DNA of 64,000 bases from a virus, in IMG/VR virus record IMGVR_UViG_3300045988_042432; one strand, written 5' to 3'. A model generated the notes under the pieces. The model searched no databases and was not told where the DNA came from. It saw nothing but the letters and a program-made list of their open reading frames with translations. Shown here piece by piece: positions 1 to 9,539 of this stretch. The translations under genes and the position numbers were made by a program. Positions within the stretch are counted from its first letter, which is position 1. Each line of letters opens with the position of its first letter.

Positions 1-11
1 GTTATTAATAT

Positions 12-791
12 ATGGACGAACAAAATTTTAAATTTAATTATGTATTCCAGGGACAAGATTGTACCCTATCAACTGGAGTCTATAAGATTACTATCCAGAA
101 TCATGTTTACATCGGTAGTGCAGCAATCTCTTTTAGAAAACGGTGGAGACAACACCAGTTAGACTTTATTAGAGATATACACCACTCTAGGTTCGCGCAG
201 AACGCATTTAATAAATATGGCATTGCCACATTTGAGATAATGGAATTATGTCCTAGGGAACTATGCATAGAGAGGGAGCAATGGTGGATAGACACTTTGA
301 AACCAGACCTGAATATTCAAAAGATTGCTGATAGTGCTTTAGGAGTCAAGAGGACTGAGGAAACTAAGCGGAAATGTAGAGAGGCTCACTTGGGAAAGAG
401 GTTGTCTGAGGAAGCTATAGCTAAGAGAACAGCAAAGCAAGTTAAGACAATCTATCAATATGATTTAGATGGAAATCTAATCAAGGAATGGGATAGTGTT
501 AAACAAGCTGGAGAAGCTCTTGGAATTAATAGACCTTCTATTAGTAACTGTTTAAAAGGTAGATACAAGTCTGCTGGGGGATTCATTTGGAGGTATTCTG
601 TGGAAGAGGTTTCTCCTGTGAAGAAAACCAAGTCTATAGAACAATATGATTTGGATGGAAATTTAATTAAAGTATGGGACAGTATAAATTCTATTGAAAA
701 TGGGACTGATTACAAAAGGAAGACAATTTATGCTTGTGCAAATGGTCAAAATAGTACAGCGTATGGATATGTATGGAAGTATTGTAGATAA
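12..791 (+). CDS. GIY-YIG homing endonuclease with duplicated C-terminal DNA-binding modules
   Basis: N-terminal 'GVYKITIQNHVYIGSA' (GIY...YIG) followed by R and E core residues. Two C-terminal repeats, 'YQYDLDGNLIKEWDSV...GGFIWRY' and 'EQYDLDGNLIKVWDSI...YGYVWKY', look IENR1/NUMOD-like. The repeat is also visible in the DNA (about 455-497 vs 641-683). ATG start. Confidence 0.85.
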   Translation: MDEQNFKFNYVFQGQDCTLSTGVYKITIQNHVYIGSAAISFRKRWRQHQLDFIRDIHHSRFAQNAFNKYGIATFEIMELCPRELCIEREQWWIDTLKPDLNIQKIADSALGVKRTEETKRKCREAHLGKRLSEEAIAKRTAKQVKTIYQYDLDGNLIKEWDSVKQAGEALGINRPSISNCLKGRYKSAGGFIWRYSVEEVSPVKKTKSIEQYDLDGNLIKVWDSINSIENGTDYKRKTIYACANGQNSTAYGYVWKYCR

Positions 792-797
792 TAAACT

Positions 798-1976
798 ATG
801 CTTAATGTCAGAATTATTACTATAATGCCTAAGAAACTTACTACTGAAGAATGGATTAATAAAGCTAGAATTAAACATGGAGATAAATATGATTATTCTA
901 AATCTGTGTACACTGGAAGTAGAGATAGAATAATCATCACTTGTCCGAAACATGGCGACTTTACAGCTATATCCGGATTGCATATTTCTAGAGGGGATGG
1001 TTGTCCTGAGTGTGCTTCATTAGCTAAAAGTAGCAAGCTTTCATTATCTAATGAAGAATTTATTAACCGTTTACGTGACATGTTTGGGGATAATTATGAT
1101 TACTCTAAAGTCAAATATAATGGCACTAGAGGGTATGTTACCATAGTATGTCCTAAACATGGTGAATTTAAGGCCCGTGTTGGCACTCTATCGAGAGGTG
1201 TAGGATGTCTGAAATGTAAAGAGGAAGAAAGACTTAAAAAGTTTAATGACCTTTACATAAAGAAATTTAAGGAGTACTACCCAGATTTAGATTATAGTAA
1301 AACTGTATATACTGGGTGGGATACTAGAATAGTTATAACATGCCCCAAACACGGTGACTTTGAAGTCCTTCCTAACCACTTTCTTAGGTATAAAGGGTGT
1401 CCAAAATGCTCTGCTGAAAGTCATGCAAAGTATATGCAGAAGTCCTTAGATGACTTTCTAAAGGATGCCAGACGCATTCATGGCACACGTTATGATTATT
1501 CTAGAGTAGAGTACAACGATAGTCATACAAAGGTCTGTATTGTATGCCCTGAACATGGTGAATTTTGGCAGACTCCAAATAGCCATATACAAGGTAGTGG
1601 CTGCCCTAGCTGCTCAAGTTCAAAGGGCGAAGAAGAGGTATGTAACATTTTGTTAAGTAATGGAATTAAATTTATAAGGGAATACACTATCCAAGTGCCT
1701 AATGAGATTAACACCTCTGGACACGCTTATATTGATTTTTACTTACCAGAATATAATACCTTTGTGGAATATAATGGCATTCAACATTATAATCCTAAAA
1801 TGGCATTTGGCGGGTCTTTCAAATTTGAGCGACAACAAGCTCGTGACGAGTATGTTAGGCAATATTGTAAAGACAATAATATCAAATTAATAGAGATTCG
1901 TTATGATGAAGATGTGTGGGAAGTTTTGACCAGAGAACTTCTTGATAATCAAACAACAAACGAAGAATGCAAATAA
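798..1976 (+). CDS. Vsr-like (PD-(D/E)xK superfamily) endonuclease with four N-terminal zinc-ribbon repeats; probable free-standing homing endonuclease
   Basis: Four ~57-aa repeats of the pattern HG-x-YDYSK-x-Y...I-x-CP-x-HG-(D/E)-F...GCP-x-C. The C-terminal 'YIDFYLPEYNTFVEYNGIQHY...IKLIEIRY' resembles Vsr/EDxHD-type nuclease cores. The start may instead be the ATG at 825 (MPKKLTTEEW). Confidence 0.65.
   Translation: MLNVRIITIMPKKLTTEEWINKARIKHGDKYDYSKSVYTGSRDRIIITCPKHGDFTAISGLHISRGDGCPECASLAKSSKLSLSNEEFINRLRDMFGDNYDYSKVKYNGTRGYVTIVCPKHGEFKARVGTLSRGVGCLKCKEEERLKKFNDLYIKKFKEYYPDLDYSKTVYTGWDTRIVITCPKHGDFEVLPNHFLRYKGCPKCSAESHAKYMQKSLDDFLKDARRIHGTRYDYSRVEYNDSHTKVCIVCPEHGEFWQTPNSHIQGSGCPSCSSSKGEEEVCNILLSNGIKFIREYTIQVPNEINTSGHAYIDFYLPEYNTFVEYNGIQHYNPKMAFGGSFKFERQQARDEYVRQYCKDNNIKLIEIRYDEDVWEVLTRELLDNQTTNEECK
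840..1613 (+). repeat. Four tandem protein-level CxxH...CxxC zinc-ribbon repeats inside CDS 798..1976
   Basis: Repeat units end in CPKHGDF..GCPEC, CPKHGEF..GCLKC, CPKHGDF..GCPKC and CPEHGEF..GCPSC. Confidence 0.7.
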
Positions 1977-2746
1977 GTATTGACCAACTCATGAATGGTA
2001 AGGCTACTAGAATAGGTAAGAGAGCATATTTACCAACTGCTGCCTATGTAGAGCCTTTTATTGAAAGAATGTCCAAGTTTACTAAAGACTTTATAGTTGA
2101 AGTAGAATTGCCTAAACAGGTTACTAGGACAGTCGATGGAGATGTTAATGCAGATGATATTACATATAATCGTGTATTGATTCAAGCTGTAATGCCAGAG
2201 AGTTGCAGCTTTGACAATCATGATGAAGTTATTGGCATGGTTTATGGATTAGATGTTCGTAAGCCAGTAGCCAAGATTTATAGAGGAGCACTTAACAGAG
2301 CATGTACAAATCTCTGTGTATTTGACCCAGAATTTCTCCAAATGCAGCCGGTTAATCCTGAAGAAGCCTTGAATTATAAAGCTGTAGAGTATTTATTAAG
2401 TCAGACTTCTGATATAAAGCTGATGTTGGAGAATCTTCATAATACTACATGGAAAGCTGAAGACGATTTAGTAAGTTTAAACTTAGGCAAATGGCAAAGA
2501 AATGCTATGCATATGGTTTATAATGTAGGTTATGGAGATGTCAAGATAGGAACAGACCTTGTTACTAAGGCGTATAGTTCTATGTTTGAGGACCCAGATT
2601 CTTCATATTATATTGGAGTGGGTAATGAGGTGGATATGTTTACTGTGTACAATGCATTTACGCAGCTAATTAGTAATGACAAGGGTAAAGATTTGATGAA
2701 TAGAGCAGAGAAGACTCTATTACTAAGAAACATATTAAACTTCTAA
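1967..2746 (+). CDS. hypothetical protein, possibly DUF932-like
   Basis: 259-aa ORF, tightly packed, ATG start. 'YRGALNRACTNLCVF' resembles the G-x-x-R-x-x-C-x-N core I recall for DUF932 phage/plasmid proteins. Recognised from memory only. Confidence 0.45.
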   Translation: MQISIDQLMNGKATRIGKRAYLPTAAYVEPFIERMSKFTKDFIVEVELPKQVTRTVDGDVNADDITYNRVLIQAVMPESCSFDNHDEVIGMVYGLDVRKPVAKIYRGALNRACTNLCVFDPEFLQMQPVNPEEALNYKAVEYLLSQTSDIKLMLENLHNTTWKAEDDLVSLNLGKWQRNAMHMVYNVGYGDVKIGTDLVTKAYSSMFEDPDSSYYIGVGNEVDMFTVYNAFTQLISNDKGKDLMNRAEKTLLLRNILNF

Positions 2747-2749
2747 TTA

Positions 2750-4363
2750 ATGTTAGTAATTAAGAGAGACAAAAAAGTAGAACCTTTCGACGTTAATAAG
2801 ATTGATGCCGCAATTACTAAGGCATTTAACGCTGTTAACGAACCAATTGATTCTGATATTCTTCAGGATATTAAAGATGAGTTGTATATTAACAACATAG
2901 TTTCAGTTGAGGAGCTTCAAGACCAGTTAGAGAAAGCTCTTATGGCATGTGATTATTATGATGTTGCTAAGGCATTCATCTTGTACAGGCGTAAAAGGGC
3001 AGAGAGCAGGGCTTTAAATGAAAAGAAACAATTCATTAAAGACTATGCTAAAGCCAAGAATGCCGCAACTGGTAGTAAATACGATGCTAATGCTAATGTT
3101 ACCGAGAAGAACATTGTAACCTTAAATGGAGAATTGTTCAAAGGTGATGTTATTAAGGTAAATCGTGCAATTCTTACTGATAAAATCAGAGAGTTATATG
3201 GAGAGGAGCTAGCTAAGGAATATATCCGTATGCTGGAACAACATTTACTTTATAAGCATGATGAAACATCGATTATGCCCTACTGCGTGGCTATCACTAT
3301 GTATCCCTTTCTATTGGAGGGGTTACAGCCAATTGGAGGTTTGTCTGCCAGACCCAAGAACCTGGATTCTTTCTGTGGCATGTTCGTTAATCTGGTATTT
3401 GCGATTAGTTCTCAATTTGCAGGTGCAGTAGCAACTGGAGAGTTTCTAATGTACTTTGATTACTTTGCTCGTAAAGAGTGGGGTGATGATTACTGGAAAC
3501 GTCCAGAGGAAATGGTTGACAAACACAGAAATATTGACAAGACGTTAGAGCAGAAGTTCCAGCAGATTGTATATTCAATCAATCAGCCAGCAGCTGCTCG
3601 TAACTTCCAATCAGTATTCTGGAATATCAGTTATTTTGATAAGAACTACTTTGAAGGTATCTTTGGAGAGTTCTATTTCCCAGACGGTACACAACCTCAA
3701 TGGGAATCTCTTAGTTGGTTGCAGAAGAAATTTGCTAAATGGTTTAATGAGGAACGTACTAAGTGTATTCTTACATTCCCTGTTGAGACCATGGCGCTTC
3801 TAACTAACGGAGAGGATGTTGTTGATGAAGAGTATGCAGACTTTACAGCAGAGATGTATAGCAAAGGACACTCGTTCTTTACTTATATGTCCGATAGTCC
3901 TGATTCCTTATCTTCCTGTTGCAGACTTCGTAATGAGGTTACTGATAATCAATTCAGTTATTCTCTTGGAGCTGGTGGTATTGCTACTGGTAGTAAGTCA
4001 GTAATGACCTTAAATATCAATAGGCTAGTTCAGGATGCAGTTAATAATGGGTATGATATGATTGAGTATTTGCGTGAGAATGTGAAGAAAGTTCATAAGT
4101 TCCAAACAGCATATAATGAATTGCTTAAAGACTATTTAAAAGACGGGTTGCTTACTGTATATACAGCTGGATTCATTGATATGAAGAAGCAGTATTTGAC
4201 TATAGGTGTTAATGGAGTTATTGAGGCTGCGGAGTTCTTAGGAATCCCAGTTAATGATAATCCAACTTATAGAGAGTTTATGCAATCTATCCTTAAAACT
4301 ATCAGTGATGAAAATCGTAAAGCGAGAACTAAGGAGTTAATGTTTAACACAGAATTTGTGCCT
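2750..4363 (+). CDS. nrdD: anaerobic ribonucleoside-triphosphate reductase NrdD, exon 1
   Basis: N-terminal ATP-cone-like 'VIKRDKKVEPFDVNKI'. Class III RNR-like throughout. The reading frame loses NrdD character after '...MFNTEFVP' and reaches a stop at 4456. The conserved continuation 'AENLGVKHANWD' is found at 5325. Confidence 0.88.
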
Positions 4364-5324
4364 AAAACTTGTGGGCACGTTAAACCCAATCTAATTGACT
4401 TGGAACCACTACGTGAGAATCGTAGGCAACAGGGGGCAAGCGTAATGGCAGCCTGAACGACTAAACGAATGGGACTCTCATTGCTGAGAGTGTGCGATAG
4501 TCTGCACTACATGGTGACATGTAGAGGAAATCTGAAGTGATTTCCCACCTAGTACATTTGTTTTGTTGGTGGAAATGTAGTATCTTTGTGTATTAACTTT
4601 AATAGAAGGAACACTAACATGAAGAGAAGCAATTCACTAAAAGAAACTAAATGCACAGCTTGTGATGCTGAAGCATTCGCAAGATTCGAGGGAGTACCTT
4701 ACTGCAAGAAACACTATATGCAGATGTATCATAAGGGTAAGATTACCACAAGAACAATCTATGACCCTAATGAGTACATTTTACATGATGACTATGCTGA
4801 ATGCATTACTTATGATAAGGAAGGCAATGAGACAGCAAGAGTTAAAGTGAATTTAGATAAGGTAGAAGAGCTGAAACAGTATAAAGTATACATTCGTAAA
4901 CAGGGTGGAGATACTTGGTATGCTGCTATAAGCGTAAATGGTAAGAAGGTATTACTTCATAGATACTTAATGGGAGTACACGAAGGGGAGTATTCAATCA
5001 AATGTGTAGTTGACCATATAAATGGTGATAAACTAGACGATAGATTGGAGAATCTTAGAGTGTGTGAGCACAAGGATAACATGAAGAACATACGTAAGGG
5101 TGGTAAAGTAATTGGAGTTAACCAGTTAAGGAATGGCAAATGGGTAGCACGTATAATGCACAACTACCAAACCATCAACTTGGGAAACTACGATAATGAA
5201 CAAGACGCCATCATTGCTAGACTTACCAAAGAACTCGAATTATGTGGGGATTATGGTCCCAACAAGGACTTATATCATTTACTAGGTCACTGCTCCAATG
5301 CTAGGGAGCAGGCGTAACAGAAGG
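4364..5324 (+). mobile_element. group I intron (961 nt) interrupting nrdD, carrying an HNH homing endonuclease ORF
   Basis: A P1-like pairing joins the exon end gtgccT (4358-4363) to gggcac (4373-4378), with a U.G wobble at the proposed 5' splice site. The intron would end in G at 5324. Three perfect 7-bp hairpins lie at 4474-4491, 4507-4524 (GTGA loop) and 4526-4545. Splicing restores the conserved 'FVP|AENL' junction in frame. Confidence 0.75.
4619..5317 (+). CDS. HNH homing endonuclease with AP2-like DNA-binding domain (intron-encoded)
   Basis: 'VVDHINGDKLDDRLENLRVCEHKDNMKN' is an HNH motif. 'GVNQLRNGKWVARIMHNYQTINLGNYDNEQDAIIAR' is AP2-like. The first ATG is at 4619; the ORF track starts at a TTG at 4586. 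Confidence 0.85.
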   Translation: MKRSNSLKETKCTACDAEAFARFEGVPYCKKHYMQMYHKGKITTRTIYDPNEYILHDDYAECITYDKEGNETARVKVNLDKVEELKQYKVYIRKQGGDTWYAAISVNGKKVLLHRYLMGVHEGEYSIKCVVDHINGDKLDDRLENLRVCEHKDNMKNIRKGGKVIGVNQLRNGKWVARIMHNYQTINLGNYDNEQDAIIARLTKELELCGDYGPNKDLYHLLGHCSNAREQA

Positions 5325-5777
5325 GCAGAGAACCTTGGGGTTAAACATGCTAATTGGGACAGGAAAGCAGGTTATGTAGTTCCTAGAGATTGCTATAATA
5401 GCTATTTCTATGCTGTTGAAGACACATCTCTTACCGTACTTGACAAGTTCAAATTACATGGCAAGGAATATGTACAATACTTAGACGGAGGTAGTGCATT
5501 GCATATGAATCTCGATGAACATCTTAGTAAGGAACAGTATCGTAACTTGTTGAGAGTGGCAGCAGTCAATGGTACTAATTATTTCACATTTAATATTCCA
5601 AATACTATTTGTAATGATTGTGGACATATTGATAAAAGGTATCTCAAGGAATGTCCAAAATGTGGGAGTAAGAACGTTGATTATGCTACTAGAGTTATTG
5701 GTTATTTGAAACGTATTAGTAACTTCAGTCAGGCAAGACAGGAGGAAGCTAGTAGAAGATTTTACACTCATGCTTAA
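5325..5777 (+). CDS. nrdD: anaerobic ribonucleoside-triphosphate reductase NrdD, exon 2 (C-terminal Zn ribbon and glycyl-radical motif)
   Basis: 'CNDCGH...CPKCGS' is a zinc ribbon, followed by the glycyl-radical loop 'ATRVIGYLKR'. Confidence 0.85.
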   Translation, partial: AENLGVKHANWDRKAGYVVPRDCYNSYFYAVEDTSLTVLDKFKLHGKEYVQYLDGGSALHMNLDEHLSKEQYRNLLRVAAVNGTNYFTFNIPNTICNDCGHIDKRYLKECPKCGSKNVDYATRVIGYLKRISNFSQARQEEASRRFYTHA

Positions 5778-6351
5778 ATATGTAGGTTTCGATATAGTCT
5801 TCAGGGAAATTCCTGACGAGACTACACTAGCCATAAACATATCCAATTGTCCATGTCACTGCAACGGCTGTCATAGCTCTTACTTGGCAGGAGACGTTGG
5901 GGAAGTCCTGACTATTACTAGAATAGAGAAGCTTATTAATGAGAATAAGGGAATTACTGCCATTTGCTTTATGGGTGGCGATAACGACCCTAAGCTCATT
6001 AATCACTATGCTGGATTAGTAAGGACGTTAACTACCACTAAAACGGCTGATAAGTTTACTATTCATAAGGAAATTAGGTTTCCCAAAGTAACCATTCCTG
6101 CCGAAACAGAAATGGAATGGCAGCAAACAGTACCACTTGATATAAAGATTGGGTGGTATAGTGGTAGAGCTACATTGGCAGATGAAATTGATTTGTACAA
6201 TTTCGATTACATCAAGTTAGGACCTTACATAGAGGAATGTGGACCACTTGATAATCCAAATACCAATCAGAGATTATATAAAACGATAATGACTGATGAC
6301 GGTCCTAAATTAAAGGATATTACCTTTAGATTTTGGAATAGAGAACTATGA
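5770..6351 (+). CDS. nrdG: anaerobic RNR activating protein (radical SAM) NrdG
   Basis: 'NCPCHCNGCHS' contains the CxxxCxxC radical-SAM cluster motif. Start overlaps the nrdD stop. Confidence 0.85.
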   Translation: MLKYVGFDIVFREIPDETTLAINISNCPCHCNGCHSSYLAGDVGEVLTITRIEKLINENKGITAICFMGGDNDPKLINHYAGLVRTLTTTKTADKFTIHKEIRFPKVTIPAETEMEWQQTVPLDIKIGWYSGRATLADEIDLYNFDYIKLGPYIEECGPLDNPNTNQRLYKTIMTDDGPKLKDITFRFWNREL

Positions 6352-7712
6352 GTACAATAGCTTGGTCAGACGAACAGCTATATGCTATAGATAGAATGAT
6401 TAGGTTTTTAGATAGTCCAGATAGGATATTAGTTCTTACTGGCTATGCAGGAGTAGGTAAGACAGCTGTTATGAATGAATTTGTACAATATCTAGATAGT
6501 ACTAGAGGTTGTAGATTCTTTAAGTTGTGTGCTCCTACTCATAAAGCCAAAGCAGTACTTGAAATGGCTACTGGCTATAGAGCTACTACATTACATAAAC
6601 TGCTAGCACTTTCCCCTAAACTGGATATATTTAATTTAGACTATAAAGACTTGAAGTTCTATTCCGATGGTATGGGAGACATTCCAAACAAAGGACTAAT
6701 AATCATTGATGAGGCATCTATGGTTAGTGATGAACTTTATGATTTACTTGTAGACTATTGTGAAACACATCAGTGCAAAATCTTATTTATAGGGGATGTT
6801 GCACAGATTGCCCCAGTTAAGAACGGAGGTCTTAGTAAAGTGTTTAGTCATGAAAATGTTGTCCGTCTAACCAAGATATTTAGGCAAGACGAGAATACAG
6901 CATTAGCACCAATATTATTAACATTAAGAGAGAATCCTATATCTAAATTCGAAACTCGAATGGGAGAGAAGGGTTCTCTCATTTGTTATAATGACACTAA
7001 GCAGTTTATGGTTGATGCAGCTAATAAGATTAATCATGGAATAAAGCATAATGATGTAAATTATACTAAGCTGATAGCTTATACTAATAAGCGAGTTAAA
7101 GGATTCAATGATTGTATACGCAGAATACTATACAATGACAATGAACCTTATCATAAATTCGAGTTTCTAACTGGCTGTGAGAACTTTGAATATAATGGAG
7201 AAATGTTCTTTAACTCTTCAGACTATATAATTACAAGCATTAGAAGAACCACTAGGAATGTACCTCATTTTACTAGACTTCCAGGGTTCGAATTGGGATT
7301 ATATGATAGCGTTGATAGACGGCTATTAGACGTATTCATAATAGACCCAACAGACATAAATCCAGACTACCTGCAAACTTTGGCACAACAGATTGAGTCT
7401 ATAAGGCTAGATGCTATACAGGCGAAAAGGTGGGGTAATAGAACTAAATCTGGATATTTATGGGGTAAGTATTTTGACATGACTAAGTCCTTTGCAACCC
7501 CAGTACCACTGTTATTTGATAATAGAGTAATTAAGCCACAAACTTTTGATTATGGATACGCTATAACAGCACATAGGAGTCAAGGCAGCTCTTACAATAA
7601 TGTGTTTGTAGATACCGGTAATCTTAAGTTGGATAGAGACTTATTAGAACTACGACAGCTTCAATATGTATCTTTATCAAGAACTAAAACAGATGCTTAT
7701 GTATTGACTTAA
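6348..7712 (+). CDS. SF1 DNA helicase, Dda/RecD-like
   Basis: Walker A 'GYAGVGKT', Walker B 'LIIIDEASMV', and C-terminal 'YAITAHRSQGSSYNNVFV' and 'YVSLSRTK'. Confidence 0.85.
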   Translation: MSTIAWSDEQLYAIDRMIRFLDSPDRILVLTGYAGVGKTAVMNEFVQYLDSTRGCRFFKLCAPTHKAKAVLEMATGYRATTLHKLLALSPKLDIFNLDYKDLKFYSDGMGDIPNKGLIIIDEASMVSDELYDLLVDYCETHQCKILFIGDVAQIAPVKNGGLSKVFSHENVVRLTKIFRQDENTALAPILLTLRENPISKFETRMGEKGSLICYNDTKQFMVDAANKINHGIKHNDVNYTKLIAYTNKRVKGFNDCIRRILYNDNEPYHKFEFLTGCENFEYNGEMFFNSSDYIITSIRRTTRNVPHFTRLPGFELGLYDSVDRRLLDVFIIDPTDINPDYLQTLAQQIESIRLDAIQAKRWGNRTKSGYLWGKYFDMTKSFATPVPLLFDNRVIKPQTFDYGYAITAHRSQGSSYNNVFVDTGNLKLDRDLLELRQLQYVSLSRTKTDAYVLT

Positions 7713-7717
7713 TACCT

Positions 7718-8116
7718 ATGAATTACTCAGATTTTGTAAACGAAGCTCTATGTAGAGGATTTGAACATCCAGAACGATTATACATGGTAGCTTATAAACT
7801 AGACATGCCAGAAGTATACACTCTTTGTACAGAGGAAGAGAGCATATGGCCAGGAATATATGAATATCATATAAATGGTAAGATATTCTACATATTAACT
7901 GAACACGAGGCATGTAGAATCGTTGATAACTATCGTAGAATGTTAGCTAGCAAATTAGCTGACCAGTCGATAGATAATGCCATTACTAGAATCACTGATG
8001 AGGAAATGGCAGCAGCTTACTATAATGACATATTTGATGTATTTGATGTTGTTCAAGAAGTAGAGCTGGAACTAGATGGAATATTATTTCCTAAATACTA
8101 TATTGTTGAATGCTAA
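7718..8116 (+). CDS. hypothetical protein
   Basis: 132-aa ORF, same strand, tightly packed, ATG start. Confidence 0.55.
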   Translation: MNYSDFVNEALCRGFEHPERLYMVAYKLDMPEVYTLCTEEESIWPGIYEYHINGKIFYILTEHEACRIVDNYRRMLASKLADQSIDNAITRITDEEMAAAYYNDIFDVFDVVQEVELELDGILFPKYYIVEC

Positions 8117-8634
8117 CATTTAGGTATGTTTATGATAGCCAACGTCCTGATGCATTTAAGGACGCACTATCAACAATGAACGGTTACGTATTTAATTTTG
8201 AAACTTATGACGTGAATCATTATAAGGAACGTAAGAAGGCTTTCAAGATTAAAGGGAGCTGTAGTGCTAGAGAGAATCCTTTCTTGGCTGTATATGATGA
8301 TAACGATACATTAATCAAAGCTTTCTATACAGAAGCTGGTGAATGTAATGCAAATCATGTACATACTTGGCTGCAAGACTACTTTGCTACCAATGGTAAG
8401 AAGGGCTTTATGACTATCACCAAAGTGTTGGGAACCAATAACGTTAGAATTGAAGAAGGTCATAAGGAGTCTGGATATACTAAAGCATTTATAGAAGGTG
8501 CTCCTTTAGAACTTAATTCGAATGATAGATGGTTCAAGACATCTAATGTAATTGAGATTGACTGGGAGAATAAAAGATTCACAACTATAAACTCAATTTA
8601 TGCATTTACGTTCAATGAAAGTTCAAGTAATTAA
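8110..8634 (+). CDS. hypothetical protein
   Basis: 174-aa ORF whose start overlaps the upstream stop. Confidence 0.55.
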   Translation: MLTFRYVYDSQRPDAFKDALSTMNGYVFNFETYDVNHYKERKKAFKIKGSCSARENPFLAVYDDNDTLIKAFYTEAGECNANHVHTWLQDYFATNGKKGFMTITKVLGTNNVRIEEGHKESGYTKAFIEGAPLELNSNDRWFKTSNVIEIDWENKRFTTINSIYAFTFNESSSN

Positions 8635-9151
8635 TCTATCGAATAACAAACTTCCCCAGTATGAAACTCCTATGTCAGCAGGTATGGATATACGTGCAGA
8701 CTTCAGTAGAGTAACAGTTGACAATCCTATTAAAGCTTATGGTGATTGCGAAGTTGTGTTTGCATCACCTAAAATGGACGGCAATAAAGTAACTATGCTG
8801 CGTCTTGACCCAGGAGCTAGAGCACTTATCCCGACTGGATTAAAGATTGCTCTCCCCACTACTGATTCAGATTGCGAGTTTATTTATGAGTGCCAAGTAA
8901 GACCTAGGAGTGGCTTAGCTTTAAAGAAGGGAATTACTGTATTAAATACACCTGGCACTGTAGATGCAGATTATAGGAATGAAATGCACGTTATTCTTAT
9001 TAATCAAGGACATGAAGCAGTATGGATTGAGGATAAAGAACGTATAGCTCAATTGGTATTCACAACTGTAGCTAAGGCTGAATGGGAAGAAGTTGCTAGA
9101 TTAGATGAAACAGAGCGTAAAGGTGGATTTGGGCATACCGGTGAGAAATGA
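8615..9151 (+). CDS. dut: dUTP diphosphatase (dUTPase)
   Basis: 'SAGMDIRA', '[12 protein letters not shown]', '[10 protein letters not shown]' and C-terminal 'RKGGFGHTG' are trimeric dUTPase motifs. The ATG at 8615 (MKVQV) is preferred over 8600. Confidence 0.9.
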   Translation: MKVQVINLSNNKLPQYETPMSAGMDIRADFSRVTVDNPIKAYGDCEVVFASPKMDGNKVTMLRLDPGARALIPTGLKIALPTTDSDCEFIYECQVRPRSGLALKKGITVLNTPGTVDADYRNEMHVILINQGHEAVWIEDKERIAQLVFTTVAKAEWEEVARLDETERKGGFGHTGEK

Positions 9152-9369
9152 TAAGTACAGTAGAAGTAATCGAGAAGAGTAAAGCCATATCCGATATAGG
9201 ATTGGAAATCCAGACACTTAATAATGCCTATGCTAATCATGCGAAGGCGATGAGTGAGACTATGGAGAAGATTAAGGAATTGAAAGCTAAACAGGATGAA
9301 TTGGCTAGAAACCTTATTCAAGAGTGTAATAAGCCTTTAACTGTAGATGATTTAGACACTGACGTATAA
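9148..9369 (+). CDS. hypothetical protein
   Basis: 73-aa ORF with an ATGA start/stop overlap with dut. Confidence 0.5.
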   Translation: MISTVEVIEKSKAISDIGLEIQTLNNAYANHAKAMSETMEKIKELKAKQDELARNLIQECNKPLTVDDLDTDV

Positions 9370-9380
9370 AACAACAAATT

Positions 9381-9539
9381 ATGAATTACGAAGAATTTGT
9401 AGAAACCATTGAGAAAGACGCTGAACAGTATGCTAAATCTTGCGTGTGTGATGCAGATGAACATGACGATGCAGTGGAAGCAATTGCCGCAGATTACATC
9501 GAAGGTGCAATGAGGGCTTTTGAAATCTTAAATGGATAA
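9381..9539 (+). CDS. hypothetical small acidic protein (52 aa; below the ORF-track cutoff)
   Basis: Manual translation gives MNYEEFVETIEKDAEQYAKSCVCDADEHDDAVEAIAADYIEGAMRAFEILNG. It fills an otherwise empty gap and overlaps the ligase start. Confidence 0.4.
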   Translation: MNYEEFVETIEKDAEQYAKSCVCDADEHDDAVEAIAADYIEGAMRAFEILNG

